Source of the DNA: Oculina patagonica
Taxonomy: Eukaryota
DNA: 64,000 nucleotides
Direction: 5' to 3'
Assembly: GCF_052425735.1 (NCBI RefSeq)
Contig: NC_135760.1
Location: 25,296,001 to 25,360,000, forward strand
The position numbers and the translations under genes are program-made. This document shows, one piece after another, positions 1 to 12,789 of this stretch (positions are counted from its first letter, which is position 1; every line of letters begins with the position of its first letter). The notes beneath the pieces are model-generated. The model saw only the letters and a list, made by a program, of their open reading frames with translations. It did no database searches and was not told the origin of the DNA.

Positions 1-339
1 TTTTTTTTTTTTTGGGGGGGGGGGGGGGGTGGAGTATAGGTCCATCGGGGAGGTTTTGAGATCAAGACCATATACTTTTTCCTTCCGACTTTTTGGTGAT
101 TCTGCGTGTATTTTGACAGCTTATAGTTCTAACATGACATGACAAGGAATATCAATTGCACCTATTTTCGCTCGTTCGTAAATAAACGCTCTTTTCCTCA
201 ACAGCACATGGGGTTTTGTGTTTGCCTGCCACCTGGCTTACCCAGAAGGTTCCACAGTTTGCACTTGCTAGATGAGTCTTGATCTCATCAGGAAAGGAGA
301 GTTGCGAGACATAGAATGCTAAGATGCGTTAAAAATTTC

Positions 340-465
340 TCTCCACGTATTTCATTTTGAAAGTGCGTCACCTTGATTTTTTTCTACTGTACATTTAACA
401 AATACGAGTAAGTCGAAAAATTTGTAGGCCCGGGCCTACGGGCCTCTAGGCTAGCTACGCCCCTG
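340..465. mobile_element. 3' end of a CAGGGGCGTA-TIR non-autonomous DNA transposon (same family as 29686-30850)
   Basis: aaaaatttgtaggcccgggcctacgggcctctaggctagctacgcccctg (416-465) is nearly identical to 30801-30850; the left end lies outside the window. Confidence 0.75.
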
Positions 466-907
466 CTTGGTACAACGTGAAATCCCAATTATAAGTCATC
501 TTAAAAGTGAGCTTATTCCGGGATGGAAACGGGGGCTACCAACGAGAGACAAAGGAAACGCTTTCTTTTTTTCTTTTTTTAACTGCAACAATACTTCAGG
601 CCCTTAGAGAGATGGGGTGCGACGAGAGCGTCCACCCACGAGCTGTGGAAGTCCCTCTATTGTGGACCGATGGCTCACAAAGTGAACTTTTGAAAACAAA
701 GGACTGAGATAGTACTGCCTGTGTTTCAATTCGCTAACTGGTATAGATTGAAAATGAAGCCTGAATCAACTTATGCTTCACCCAATAAACCAACACAATG
801 CAATCTTTGAATTGAGTGGTCATAAAAGATATCACCAAGCCAGACATTTTCAGAGACATTAAATCGAATGTCCTTCATTTGTAAATCGTTTTGTCATGAG
901 AGGCAAG

Positions 908-2110
908 TTTTATGAAGTATTTTTTTTTATACTACGGTTCTACTACCCGTAGTTGCGTAGTAAAGTGGTCAGTAAAAACGTAAATATATTTTAGTGCGAT
1001 CGGACCGAAGTAGCGTATTATCGTAGTAGTTTTTTGAAGTACATTTTTTATACTACGGTTCTACTACCCGTAGTTGCGTAGTAAAGTGGTCAGTAAAAAC
1101 GTATATATATTTTAGTGCGATCGGACCGAAGTAGCGTATTATCGTAGTAGTTTTTTGAAGTACATTTCTTATACTACGGTTCTACTACCCGTAGTTGCGT
1201 AGTAAAGTGGTCAGTAAAAACGTAAATATATTTTAGTGCGATCGGACCGAAGTAGCGTATTATCGTAGTAGTTTTTTGAAGTACACTTCTTATACTACGG
1301 TTCTACTACCCGTAGTTGCGTAGTAAAGTGGTCAGTAAAAACGTAAATATATTTTAGTGCGATCGGACCGAAGTAGCGTAGTATCGTAGTAGTTTTTTGA
1401 AGTACATTTTTTATACTACGGTTCTACTACCCGTAGTTGCGTAGTAAAGTGGTCAGTAAAAACGTAAATATATTTTAGTGCGATCGGACCGAAGTAGCGT
1501 ATTATCGTAGTAGTTTTTTGAAGTACATTTTTTATACTACGGTTCTACTACCCGTAGTTGCGTAGTAAAGTGGTCAGTAAAAACGTAAATATATTTTAGT
1601 GCGATCGGACCGAAGTAGCGTATTATCGTAGTAGTTTTATGAAGTACATTTTTTATACTACGGTTCTACTACCCGTAGTTGCGTAGTAAAGTGGTCAGTA
1701 AAAACGTAAATATATTTTAGTGCGATCGGACCGAAGTAGCGTATTATCGTAGTAGTTTTTTGAAGTACATTTTTTATACTACGGTTCTACTACCCGTAGT
1801 TGCGTAGTAAAGTGGTCAGTAAAAACGTAAATATATTTTAGTGCGATCGGACCGAAGTAGCGTATTATCGTAGTAGTTTTATGAAGTACATTTTTTATAC
1901 TACGGTTCTACTACCCGTAGTTGCGTATTAAAGTGGTAAAAAACGAAAATACATTTGGTGCAATCGGACCGAAGTAGCGTAGTATCGTAGTAGTTTCATG
2001 AAGTACATTTTTTATACTACGGTTCTACTACCCGTAGTTGCGTATTAAAGTGGTAAAAAACGAAAATACATTTTTGGTGTGATTGGACCGTCTTAGCGTA
2101 GTAACGTAGT
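908..2110. repeat. 121-bp tandem satellite, ~10 units
   Basis: TATACTACGG recurs at 928, 1049, 1170, 1291, 1412, 1533, 1654, 1775, 1896 and ~2013; first eight units are near-identical, last two diverged. Confidence 0.97.
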
Positions 2111-4116
2111 ATCAAATACATTCTGACCGCAGTAGAAATTGCAGGTGACGAAATGAATTAATTTGTCATCGGCATTCTCTCACATGTCACGTGAAGTTTC
2201 TGTTCGAAAAATCTATTTAGAACTTATATGTAGGAAAAAAAAAAACTACTCAGAATAGAAATAACTAAACGAGCTGAAAAGTAACCATAATTAAAGTGCT
2301 AAGACTAGGTCGTACATGTGATTACTAAGATACTAAAGGAGATAAAAAACAAAATTTAAGATACGAGAAGAAAAAGAGAATAGAATTTGAAAAGTTACAG
2401 AAATATGCATGTTTTTATGTTGGCCATGGGTTGCCTAGTTTTATTTCAAACTGCTTTTAAAACGTACAAAACCCTGCCTTAAGGAAGCGACGTTTTCAAA
2501 GATTCCGTGGAAAGGATTCCCTCGCACTCCCCGATAAGATCGCCCCCTGGGGCGCTTATTAAGCTCTAACTCAAACCCCCCGGGGAGCATCATTTAACCA
2601 CGAGTCACGGCATCTATTCCTTGCTACATCAGTATTCATTTTCGTTTATTTTTTAGTGACAATGACCAGCACTGGCTTGGCCTTTTCTGGCGGTGGTATT
2701 CGGTCAGCGGCATTCTGCTCTGGAGTCTTGCGCAGACTGCTAGAGAGTGAAGTTGAGGTGGATTACTTGAGCTGTGTATCCGGGGGTGGTTACACAGGCA
2801 CAGCCTACCTGGACTGGAAATACAGAGAGGAGAGACGGCAAGGAAGCGACGGGGAAGCCCGAAGAGATTGGCACAAGGAGTTCTTTGACCACATGAGATA
2901 TAGGACAGGATACATCTGCAACTGGAAGAAGCCATTCCAAGGAATCTTCGATACAATAATTCTGTCCTGCCTTGTTATCGAGGTCGCATTCGTGCAGCCT
3001 TTGATCATATGGGGATCGTACGCATGCCCAATAGCCTTCATGATCGACGTCCTCTTTGGAAAGTACTTACGTGACAAGGTGGACTGCGATGCTGAGGCGA
3101 AAGCGTCAGCGGAAGCATCCGGTAACATGACTGATGCTGCGTTGTCTAAATTCCAGGCCATCCGAAGACATTGCCTCGCTCGACAGGGAACTGACAAGAT
3201 TTACACCGTCATACTTTTCGCTGCTCTGTTCCTCTTATTTATCTCATTTTATTTTCTTAATCGATTAAACCGGCTTTCTCCACTTCAGAGTTTTTTCGTC
3301 CGCCTTAGTCAGTACACGTTTGGTGCGTTTCTGCTTCTCACTTTCATCCCGTTTAGCATTCATGACTTCTTCAATAACATCCCGCTCTGGGCAAAGATCC
3401 TGCTCGTGCCTTTGTGCATAATACTGTGGTTGGTTCTTCCCCTGCTACGAAGCAAAACATCCTATGTTGTGATTATTTTGTTTTATTCTTATGTTACTCA
3501 CTGGAAGGTGTACGAAGGACAAGAAATTGCAATTGGCATCGTGTTTTCTTACAAGCTATTTCATCGGTTGCTTTTCGCATCCGGCTTTGTCTTGTGGATT
3601 GTCCCTATAGTGGCTGCAATGCACGAGAGACTTGTTCACATCTATAACAGGTTAGTAAAGGTTTCGTATATTGATCAGTCGAAGACAGTTTTCCGAAAGA
3701 TCATTGTATAAGAGAGAGAACGCGGGGAGAACGCCCAGATAACTGTGTAGTCCTTTGTGATATATTTTTAGCACACACGGTGGCTATTTCAGGTTTTTGT
3801 AACTAAGTTAGTTTTTTCTTCTTCTTCCTTCTTCTTTGCCTTCTTTGGGATTGTACATACAGGTAAACAATCATGGCAGGCTACAAGAAGGCCCAAGTTT
3901 GGGAATACACACGGTCTAAACGAGGCGGCAAGCGACATGGGTGGGCGATGAGAAGCCTGGGGCGGACAACTCCTTCTTGCAGCTTTGCCACTCGCGCGTT
4001 TATTCCTAAACATGAGCTTGCTCGCAGGCTACATTCATGGTAATGGCATTGTCTCTTTCAGCCACTCATCTGCAAAAATGCAAACATGTTTTCCACGAAC
4101 AGTGTAAATAAATCTC

Positions 4117-4870
4117 TTTTTCCTCGCGAAGCGAGGCCGAAGGCCGAGCGTAGCGGGGTGTATAATTTTGTCCCTCAAAGGGCTCAGGCGGGATGAAATC
4201 TCGTGTGGAGTTTACGGTCATATATATATATATATATTTGTGAGCTTGGTGTGTGGCGGAAATGACGTCACACGGCCGCGCGCTGGTGGCCTGATGGTGT
4301 GAGGCGTCGAACTTGAAATCAGATCTTCGGGACTGAGGGCGGGGGTTCGAATCCGGCTAGGGTTTTTTTATTTATTTTTTATTTATTTATTTTTTATTAT
4401 TATTTTTTTTGTGGGTTCGAATCCTGAGCCTTTCATTTTTATCGTTTTTCTTTTCGGATTAAAATAAAACTGATTTCCACATAATACTCCCTCAACGCCT
4501 ATTCAGGCTATAAACCTTTCATCGCCATCAGGGGCGCGCGGGCGGAGGGTTCGAATCCTCCTGCCGTTCGTTCTTCTTTTTTTTTTTAATGCCCTCAAAT
4601 AAATGTCCAAAATGCGACTATCCAATAATTTGTCGATGATTTTGAAAATAGCCTGCGCTTCCCAACGCTTTATACCTCTTTACGAACCAGAAAGAGCCGC
4701 CATCTTCAAAGCGGAGTAGACCCTGGGAACGAGGGTGTCGCGGCCATGCCCGTTACTAGGCAACAATAACAAATCACCGGTTAATAATCCACTCCTTATT
4801 TATAACACCCCCCCCCCTCCCCCTCCCCAACCCAGAGCTTCGCGAAGCCCTGCGAGTCACGTATTACTAG
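4117..4870 (+). mobile_element. Helitron/Helentron-like non-autonomous insertion in intron 1 of copy A, carrying tRNA-like A/B boxes
   Basis: Absent from copy C intron 1. Begins in a T-run with cctcgcgaagcgagg, contains (TA)n at ~4219-4236, and ends with the palindrome gcttcgcgaagc then ...tattaCTAG|tt; no TSD seen. Confidence 0.55.
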
Positions 4871-6561
4871 TTAAGTTATTATTGCGAAGATCCTAAAAGT
4901 ATGTAACCTCCTCTGCAGACGCTCTTTGAGCTCGTCACGCAATCTCCCCAAAAGTTTGCGTGACGAGACAAATAGCGTCTAGGAGACACCTAACGTGGAA
5001 TTCAAAACATCGACCTTTCTATTTTAAGATGGAGACTTCAGAGAGCGTTTTATCACCGCGAGGGGGTGGGATCAACAGGATGTGCAGGGATCGGGTTACA
5101 GGACACGTTTGCTCTGTGGACATGTCTATCGTCGACAAAGCAAGGGATTCGAGAGGAGGAGAAACCCTTGACACTTGCAGATCTGAAAGGCGTGAAGCCT
5201 GAATACTTGGCCAACATTGTGGTCAATCGCTGGAAGAAAAGCAAATCGTCCCAGCACAGCTATGAGCTTCTGACAATGTCTCCTTCAGGAATTGAGCGTA
5301 TAGATCGCCACCCAAACAACAAACAGTTAAAGGCAAACTGGAGCCGGAGGATGTGAAGTTATCAGATGCTATGGCCACCTCGGCGGCGGCACTTTCTACT
5401 CATATGGGCAAATATGATTACTCGGTTAAAGGGCTGACTCGTCTCCATACAATTCTTGGACTCGAAATGGGTGCCACCACGATAAGCGACATTAAATCAG
5501 TGAGAAGGGAAAGTTGCACATTGAGGGTATGTTAGCCTGCTTAACGTATGTAATACGCACTAGTTTAGGCGTTGTCTTCTTCCCACGGGCGAGCGGGTTG
5601 CGTGTCCATCGAATGTTATTCGGTAACGCCATGAAATTTCGTGCCAAATGGGGTTAGCGAAAATGGAAAGACAGGTCGACATTTGGTCCTACACAGAGCT
5701 TTTAACATTAATAAAGTTTTAACAAGCCAAGCTCTTTCAAAGAGAGAGTACAACTTTTCCTGGAATTACTTTACTTGCAGGATTGTATTTTTGCTGTTAG
5801 ATGCCAAAAGGACGTGCCTAGAACATGGACATAGTTACTTGGAATTTAGATTTATCGGTCCATATTTATTAAAGATGCAAAAGGGACCTTATTTATTGTC
5901 ATACATTAAGAAATATTTTCAGCTCTAGACAGCATTTAGTCCACAAAACCCTCATATGCTTTGCTTCCAGCTCTAAGCTGTTTTCGTTTTAATTTCTAGA
6001 GTAATTGGTACCCAGCCTGATACTTCAAAGTTGTTCCATGATTAACCATTCTATTTCTTTTAATTGCTAATTCACAGATATTCCTTCCATGTGTTGTGGA
6101 TGTTCTGCGTTGTATGCCATTAATAGTTGTCCCGGCCCTTTACCATGGTTCAGAACCATCCGTTAAAATAGGAGTAATAATCTTCTTTGTAGTACATCTT
6201 CTACTGGTCTTCATTGCTCTCATTGACACAGGAGCGGAACAACCAAGATGGTGGGAGAAAGTAGCCAGGTAAGGGTAAAATAAAAACAATTACTGTAATC
6301 ACGATTTCTCGCGCCCTCGAGTTTTCGAACCTACTGATAATTTGAAAAAAGAAGTTTTCCTTGGATTTGCTTCAATAAGTCAAACACTGCAATTCTTCCT
6401 CCGATTTCTCGAATCAATTTTCGTTTTTCTTGGAGGTTTGAGAAACAGGGACTTCACTCTGAAGCACTAAAAAGAATGCAGATTGAGAAGCAACATCTCT
6501 TGTACCTGTCACGCCCTCAGTCCCTCCCCTGCTCGAGAGCAACTTCGTTCCCAGGGTACCT

Positions 6562-6664
6562 TAGTCTAATCCCTGAACTCTTCTGCCCCGCCCTATGTAG
6601 GGGTTAATCCCGCCTGCGTTCAACCTCTATAGGGCGGGGGAAGGAGAGTTCAGGGACTGGACTA
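6562..6664. mobile_element. ~100-bp fold-back MITE in intron 3 (shared with copy C at ~36226-36329)
   Basis: tagtctaatccctgaactct...ccccgccctat / atagggcgggg...agagttcagggactggacta inverted repeat. Confidence 0.65.
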
Positions 6665-8481
6665 CGGGTTGGCTGAACGGACAGATTTGCACCGAAAAAT
6701 TCCACACTGATGACGAAAAACGACCCGAGCACTAAACTATCGAGTTTAATCCTAATCATGAGTCAACATGCGTTACTGTTGCTGTATTTTTATTTCAGAT
6801 GGTTCATAGTGCATATTTCTTTCGTCTATTTTGTGAGAGAAATGTTTTCCAAGGAAAACACTGGCCCAATGCCGCCACCTATACTGCTTCTTAGCGATGG
6901 AGGCCATATTGAAAACCTTGCTATTTTACCGCTGATAAAGAGAAGGCTTCGAAGGATTGTTGTTGTTGATGGTGGTTATAAGCATGACGACCAATATTAC
7001 GGAGACAGCCTTTTGAATGCACTGATGCTTGCTCGTACCAAGCTTAACTGTTCGTTTCTAAGTGAAGACGGCCAAGACGTTATTTTCAACCTCTTGGAGA
7101 CGTTTGTGAGACCAAAGACAGGAGGAAAGCCGCATTATTATAAGTTTGTAGTTCTTTTCTTCGCTTGGGTGATTTTACAGTCTATACAACATCTCAAGTA
7201 TAATTATTTAAATTAAAAAAATAAAAGTAGTATTAGGGGGAAAGGTAGGTACAAGGATTCTGAAACAATCGCACCTCTTTTCAGATGATACACTTTTATG
7301 AGACTAATTTCATGTTCCCGCTTAGGGTTTGGGGATAGGGTGACACGGGATGGAATATAGAAGAAATGCCAAAATGGACCCCAAGAAATTAAAGGTTGCC
7401 ACGCCTGTTTAAGAGAAGTATCCTGGTAGCTAAATGGAGTTTACAGGCTACCATCACGAGAAAATATCAACTTACAGTACAGTTAGGGAGATTATCCACT
7501 ATACCAAGACTGACTAAGGTCTCTTGACACAATTCTGTTTTCAATGCAATGAGCCAGTGGAAAATTGTGGAGATGCAAATTACATTTCGTTTTGCACTAT
7601 ATGACCCCATTCGTTGAAAAAATATAATATTTCCGGGTGAGGCTCAACAAGATTTAATACTGAACAGTACAGGCAGCAGCAATCAGTGGGATGTAGAAAG
7701 CTGGAAAAGAAAACAAGTAACATACACGTTTCCTTTGCTTGCCAACCAGCTTAAATGTTCTCCGAAATAACTACAGAGTACAAACTATAATAATCTTAAA
7801 ATTAAACCCTTGTAAATGCTCCCTTTGTTGCGTTTTCAGATTCAAGGTTCGTTACCAAAGCGATGAATTCGTTGAAGAAGGCGAAGGAGAAATTCTACTT
7901 ATCGTACCAAGAGATCCGCAACATGGCGTCAGTGAGGAAATGGATGGAAATCGTTCGACCAATTTGCATCCTTTCGACGCACCCGACGGTGCGTTTTTCA
8001 CACAAGATGAAGTCAATAAATTGACCCTCTGCTGCTGCGAGTGCTGTCACCGACAAGCTTGTCAGGGCTTGTCCAAGATATGTTGTAACGTCTTTCCACG
8101 GCACAGCACTGCCAATCAGTTCTTCACATCCCGGATGTTCTCGGCGTATCACTGTGAAGGGTACCGCGCGTGCGTAGATGCTAATGCTGTTGGATTTTTG
8201 AGAAATGGTGACAGAGAAAGGGAGCAAAACTATTATGTTAATATTAATGTGTGACAAAAATAACCGTAGAAAGAGTGTACGCGCATCATGTGATGTCGCC
8301 TGTGAACCTTGCCAAGTGTTTCATAACAGTGCAAAAAGAAAGAAGGAGGTCAAGATTCGGGAAGATTGCGAAAAACGAGTTGAAAAAATTGGACCAACTT
8401 TCCAATACACCCTATTCGTGACGGAGCACCTTAAAATATTTCTAAAATATTTATCTAGTCAGTTTTCTGAAAGTACTTTAA

Positions 8482-8877
8482 AGATACTGTGTCACGCCTG
8501 AGTTACGTTTATTTTATTACGTTTTGCTTAATACCCGCTGTGAAATTTTATATTTGTAAAGAAATTACTTCTTTGGATCTAAATGACAAAACCATAGCTT
8601 TATTACAACCAAATGTTTCTCCCGGGCGTTATAATTTAAAGTTACAAGCAAACGACAATAACTTTGAAAACTGTTCAGCCCAACAATATTTCAAAAACCC
8701 ATATCGCATCCGTATCAATTTTCTTCAGTTTTGAACATTCGTACCTTCTTTTGTATTTGCTGTGTTATTGAAACGTTCCTTCACTATTTTAAGGGTTATT
8801 TTTATATTTTTTTCTAAATTTAATGGCCATCAGTCCCATGCCTTAATTTTTTTTAAAAAATCCATGACACAGTCCCT
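8482..8877. mobile_element. TTAA-flanked MITE (Kolobok-like termini)
   Basis: TTAA|agatactgtgtcacg ... catgacacagtccct|TTAA; the paralog at ~39929 keeps only the left part. Confidence 0.7.
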
Positions 8878-9395
8878 TTAAGTTGTTCTGTTTTTTTTTT
8901 CGTATTTTAGTGTTGGTTATTTCGGTTAAACGTAAGGTAAACCTAAAGGAATTAAGATTCTTGAACAAAAGTTATCAACGTCAAATTAATGTTCTTCAAC
9001 TTTGTTTTAATAATAATAATTTTGACATGTGTGCCGCTCAGAGGTAATATTTACATGAGGCGTCACCTGGTTCGTAAAACATATGTCTCGTTCATTTAAA
9101 CCGTTCACATTTATCCTTCGCTTTTACAGTTAAAACATCATCACTATCAACTTGTAGCCTGAACAAACATAGAGAAAATTATTAACCGAAATGTTTTGAG
9201 CTAAATTTATAAATGTGTTTTGGAAGAGAGCGTCAATGTGACCCAATGTGATTGGCTGGCGACTAGAACACTTCCAATTCGGTTTTTCCTTTTCAGAATT
9301 CAATTCAGAGAAGGACTTTATATCTCGTATCCTACTGGAACACCCTTTCTCAAACTGGGATCTCTTAGTATTGCATGTCAATTTGCTGTCAATAT

Positions 9396-9690
9396 CACTG
9401 GAAAAGTTGAAAATTTACATGCACATGTAAATTACAATTTACAAAATGTAAATCTTATTTACATTCTTTGTAAATTAAAATTTACATGTTGGAGTTTTGT
9501 AAAACAAAATTTACATGAAATTTACAGTCTTCAACGGATCATGTAAATGTATTGTAAAAAGTGATTTACATGGTCCTTTATTACAACGCTAATTGTAAGA
9601 ACATGTAAAAAACATGTCAAATGTATTAACCACTTTTACAGTTTCTTTCTTTGTAAAAAACATGTAAATGTCTTTACTAAATCATGTAAA
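9396..9690 (+). mobile_element. Left end of a CACTG (CMC/EnSpm-like) element with dense TTTACATG/CATGTAAA subterminal motifs
   Basis: Homology with the copy C 3' flank stops exactly at aatat|CACTGGAAAA; many catgtaaa motifs in both orientations follow; no right end found. Confidence 0.45.
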
Positions 9691-10170
9691 GAACATGGAA
9701 AATTGACAAAGGGGCGCCGTTCGGAAACATGTAAAAACCATGGAAATTGACAAAGGGGGCGTGGTTGGAAACATGTAAAAACCATGGAAATTGACAAAGG
9801 GGGCCTGTTTGGAAACATGTAAAAACCATGGAAATTAACAAAGGGGGCCTGTTTGGAAACATGTAAAAAACATGGAAATTGACAAAGGGGGCCTGTTTGG
9901 AAACATGTAAATGCCCTGGAAATCGACAAAGGGGGCCTGTTTGGAAACATGTAAAAAACATGGAAATTGACAAAGGGGGCCTGTTTGGAAACATGTAAAT
10001 ACCCTGGAAATCGACAAAGGGGGCCTGTTTGGAAACATGTAAAAAACATGGAAATTGACAAAGGGGGCCTGTTTGGAAACATGTAAATACCCTGGAAATC
10101 GGCAAAGGGGGCCTGTTTGGAAACATGTAAATACCCTGGAAATTGACAAAGGGGGCTGTTTGAAAACATG
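9690..10170. repeat. 44-bp minisatellite, ~11 units, two variants
   Basis: GGAAACATGT at 9723, 9767, 9811, 9855, 9899, 9943, 9987, 10031, 10075, 10119. Confidence 0.97.
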
Positions 10171-11184
10171 TGAACATGAGCTTTTAATTCATGTTGTAAC
10201 CCACCAAATAACTTTCGCGTGCATTCATTAGTTAGACAGAACGCATCACGTGGTACGAAATCAAACGACGAAGAAGAAATCGGAGGGATTTAAGAAAGTA
10301 TAAAATAAATATTTCCCCTTCCGGCTTGCTGGAGGATAATACTCCTTGCCTGAAAGATTATCCTCAAAATTTCACAGTTGCCTTTGAAGCTTAGTCAACT
10401 GTTCATTTTTTCAGCCAAGGGCATTATCCTCCAATATGCAACCGCCTGAATGGGTTTTTTTTATTTACTAATTATCTAGATGAACGAAGCGCAAGACGAA
10501 ATTAAGCGACTGATATCAGTTTTAACATAACTCATTACAAAAGCTCTTAGTTACAAATCTTTTACTAATGTCAAAAGTAAACAGATTATAAATAAAAACC
10601 TTTTGATGCAGAAAACGAAGGCGACTATGACTTCGTCTAACAATATTTTAAACAATCTGGAGCAGTGGGGAAAACGCTAGCGTCCAACAGTTTGGCTTAT
10701 ATATTTTTCGAGACATGCGTTTTGGTTTTCTTTATATGTAATTGTTGTTGTTGTCTACGCGTGGCACTATTTTCTCGAGCAGACTGTAATCGAATATTTC
10801 TCTCCTCCTCCGATTCTAATTGTAAGCGCACAAGGATTCAGTGCATTGACACCTTCGGGCAACGCCGCGAAATTAATAAAAGAACTATTGTTTCCTTTAA
10901 ACAAGCAGGCAAGGTTTGTACACAACTATTTCAATGCACGGTTTGTTGTCCATTTTTTTGGCCTCTTTATTCGGCTTTCAACCCATGCCTTTTTTTTCGG
11001 GCAATAAGGTCTCCGCCCCCCCAGGTCCGAAGGTGCCCGTACGCCTATGTGCGGGGGGATGCAACGCGTGTGAAGTCAAGAAATGCTGATAATTGAAGTC
11101 TGCCTAATCGGGTGTAAACAAATACGTGTACGTAAAAGCTACCATATATAGCTCAGGAACATGTACGACTGAAATCAGGCCCAG

Positions 11185-11370
11185 GGGTGGTCCATCAGGT
11201 GGTCCATGGACTGGTTCCTTATGGGTAACCCGTGGAGCTGGTATATGAGGTGGTCCATTGTCCAGGTCCACAAAGGTATCGTTCATGGACCAGGTCTATA
11301 GGGTGGTCTATTGACCGAGTCCACGGTCCATGAGGTGTCCGTGGACCGGGTCCACAGGGGTGGTCCATGA
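11185..11370. repeat. GGTCCATGGACC-rich interspersed repeat (second copy ~51105-51280)
   Basis: Clustered ggtcca/tggacc motifs, duplicated as part of the G1/G5 upstream segment. Confidence 0.65.
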
Positions 11371-12789
11371 AGCTGGGTACTTGTTAGGTATACTTCCTTT
11401 CCATATGGTCGTTGGCAATCGGTTGGGAACGTGAGGTATAATTCAAAAGCTGGACCCACTTTGAGCAAGTTAACATTATCATTTGATGCATACACTATTT
11501 GATGCTAAAAACTACACTGATGGTCAGCGTTCAATATGATTATATGAAAATTAAACAACACAGTTAAATTATTAGTGAGCTATTTCACGACTGTACTGAA
11601 GACCGGACCTCTTCCATAAACTTGTTGAACATTTTAAGATTTGCCCATAACTGAACCAGTTCATAAATATTAACACACAGTTATTGATCACGTTTAAAAT
11701 TAATTATTGAAATACGGATTATATGCAATAGACGACACATACATTTGTTTTCAGCGAGACGTACGTTGATCACCTTTCGCTCGATCCCACGTTTTAACTT
11801 AGTAGTATGTCGGGCGAGTATGTGTTCCTACTCTAAATTCTGATTGGTCAGTTCCTGAACTTCATAGTTAAAGGCGTGCCATCATCACGATTAAAAAATT
11901 ACAAAAAATTTTAAAACGCTTACAGAAAAAAGTGAAAAGACCTGTTATTGTACAAGTTGATCAGTAAAAAATGCAGCTATAGAACTGTCCGTTTTGATAA
12001 CTGTATACAATTAGGTTTTCGCCAAAGCAGATTGACGTTTTAATTAAATGTCTCCCTTAAAATGTCAGTGTTGTTTGTTTTTGTTTTTTGCAAAAATAAT
12101 CAGCTATAACATAATCCTATTAACCGGAAAGTTATATTTAAGTCGTACGCGGTTTAAATCCGGTCGTTATAATATGACCGGGGGACAAAGTGTCTAGTCC
12201 AAAGACATTCAAAAGAGAAATATCACAAATACTAATGGGTCCTAATGGGAAATTCACAGTTAAAAACATCAGAACTACTTATTGTAAATTGTTCTTGAGT
12301 AGGTTGAGCAATACAATGTTTATATGGCTTGGCTCTACGTCAACTCACCGCATACAGAGAATTAGGAGCAATTATACCTGATTATGCGGATTAACCCAAG
12401 CACGTTTATTATAGGTTTTTTGCTTTTGGTGGGCTTCCCTGCTTCCTAAACTTGCCCTGCCTTTTGACCTTCCATGTTCTTTAACGCCCTGCGTTTTTCA
12501 ACTTCCTTTGCGCCTTCTGGCACAACGTAACCTTTAAAGTCGTCCTTCTTGCAGCTGCCCAGCTGTCAGGCCCATGCATGAGTATCGCTTTTAAATAAAA
12601 CAATTCCCTTATCATTCATTTCCTTTGTTTATAAAAGGCACCCAGCCGGCTTTCATACATTAACGCAACCTTTAAAAAAAACCTGGCCCCGGATGCCGCC
12701 TCGTCATCTCACTGGTAACTCGTTAAATAAAAAGTCTTCCTGTCATGTAAAATTGATGCATTTACGAGCTAACCTCTTGTCAAGGAAAG

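Larger units (their letters stand above)
2662..8254 (+). pseudogene. TM-containing patatin/cPLA2-like phospholipase, copy A (1-bp frameshift in exon 2; pseudogene or assembly error)
   Basis: Exons 2662-3650, 5029-5526, 6078-6268, 6799-7143, 7840-8254 with GT-AG boundaries and phases 2,0,2,2 matching copies B and C. Motifs GLAFSGGGIRSAAF, DYLSCVSGGGY, DAMATSAAALS, LLLSDGGHIENLA, FPRHSTANQFF. Exon 2 is 498 bp versus 499 in B/C: CAG TTA AAG at 5324-5332 versus CAG TTT AAA G in C, leading to TGA at 5354-5356. Confidence 0.85.

Noticed and set aside
1-29. Poly-T/poly-G run as a functional element
   Set aside because: Homopolymer low-complexity sequence, common inside the MITEs of this window.
908-2110. 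CRISPR-like array
   Set aside because: Units are contiguous near-identical 121-mers with no unique spacers and no cas genes; eukaryotic context.
2636-3197. Antisense and alternate-frame ORFs recurring over the lipase and GPCR copies
   Set aside because: They recur only because the sense genes are recent duplicates; no recognisable domains.
2656-3711. Bacterial contaminant or prokaryotic defence operon
   Set aside because: Four conserved GT-AG introns with matching phases in three copies, interleaved with animal GPCRs and eukaryotic transposons.
5641-5928. 95-97 aa ORF conserved in intron 2 of A and C (also 35004-35297)
   Set aside because: Non-ATG start, intronic, absent from B; similarity is explained by recent duplication.
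9636-10177. Three long minus-strand ORFs (177, 166, 104 aa)
   Set aside because: By-product of a stop-free 44-bp repeat cycling through the frames.
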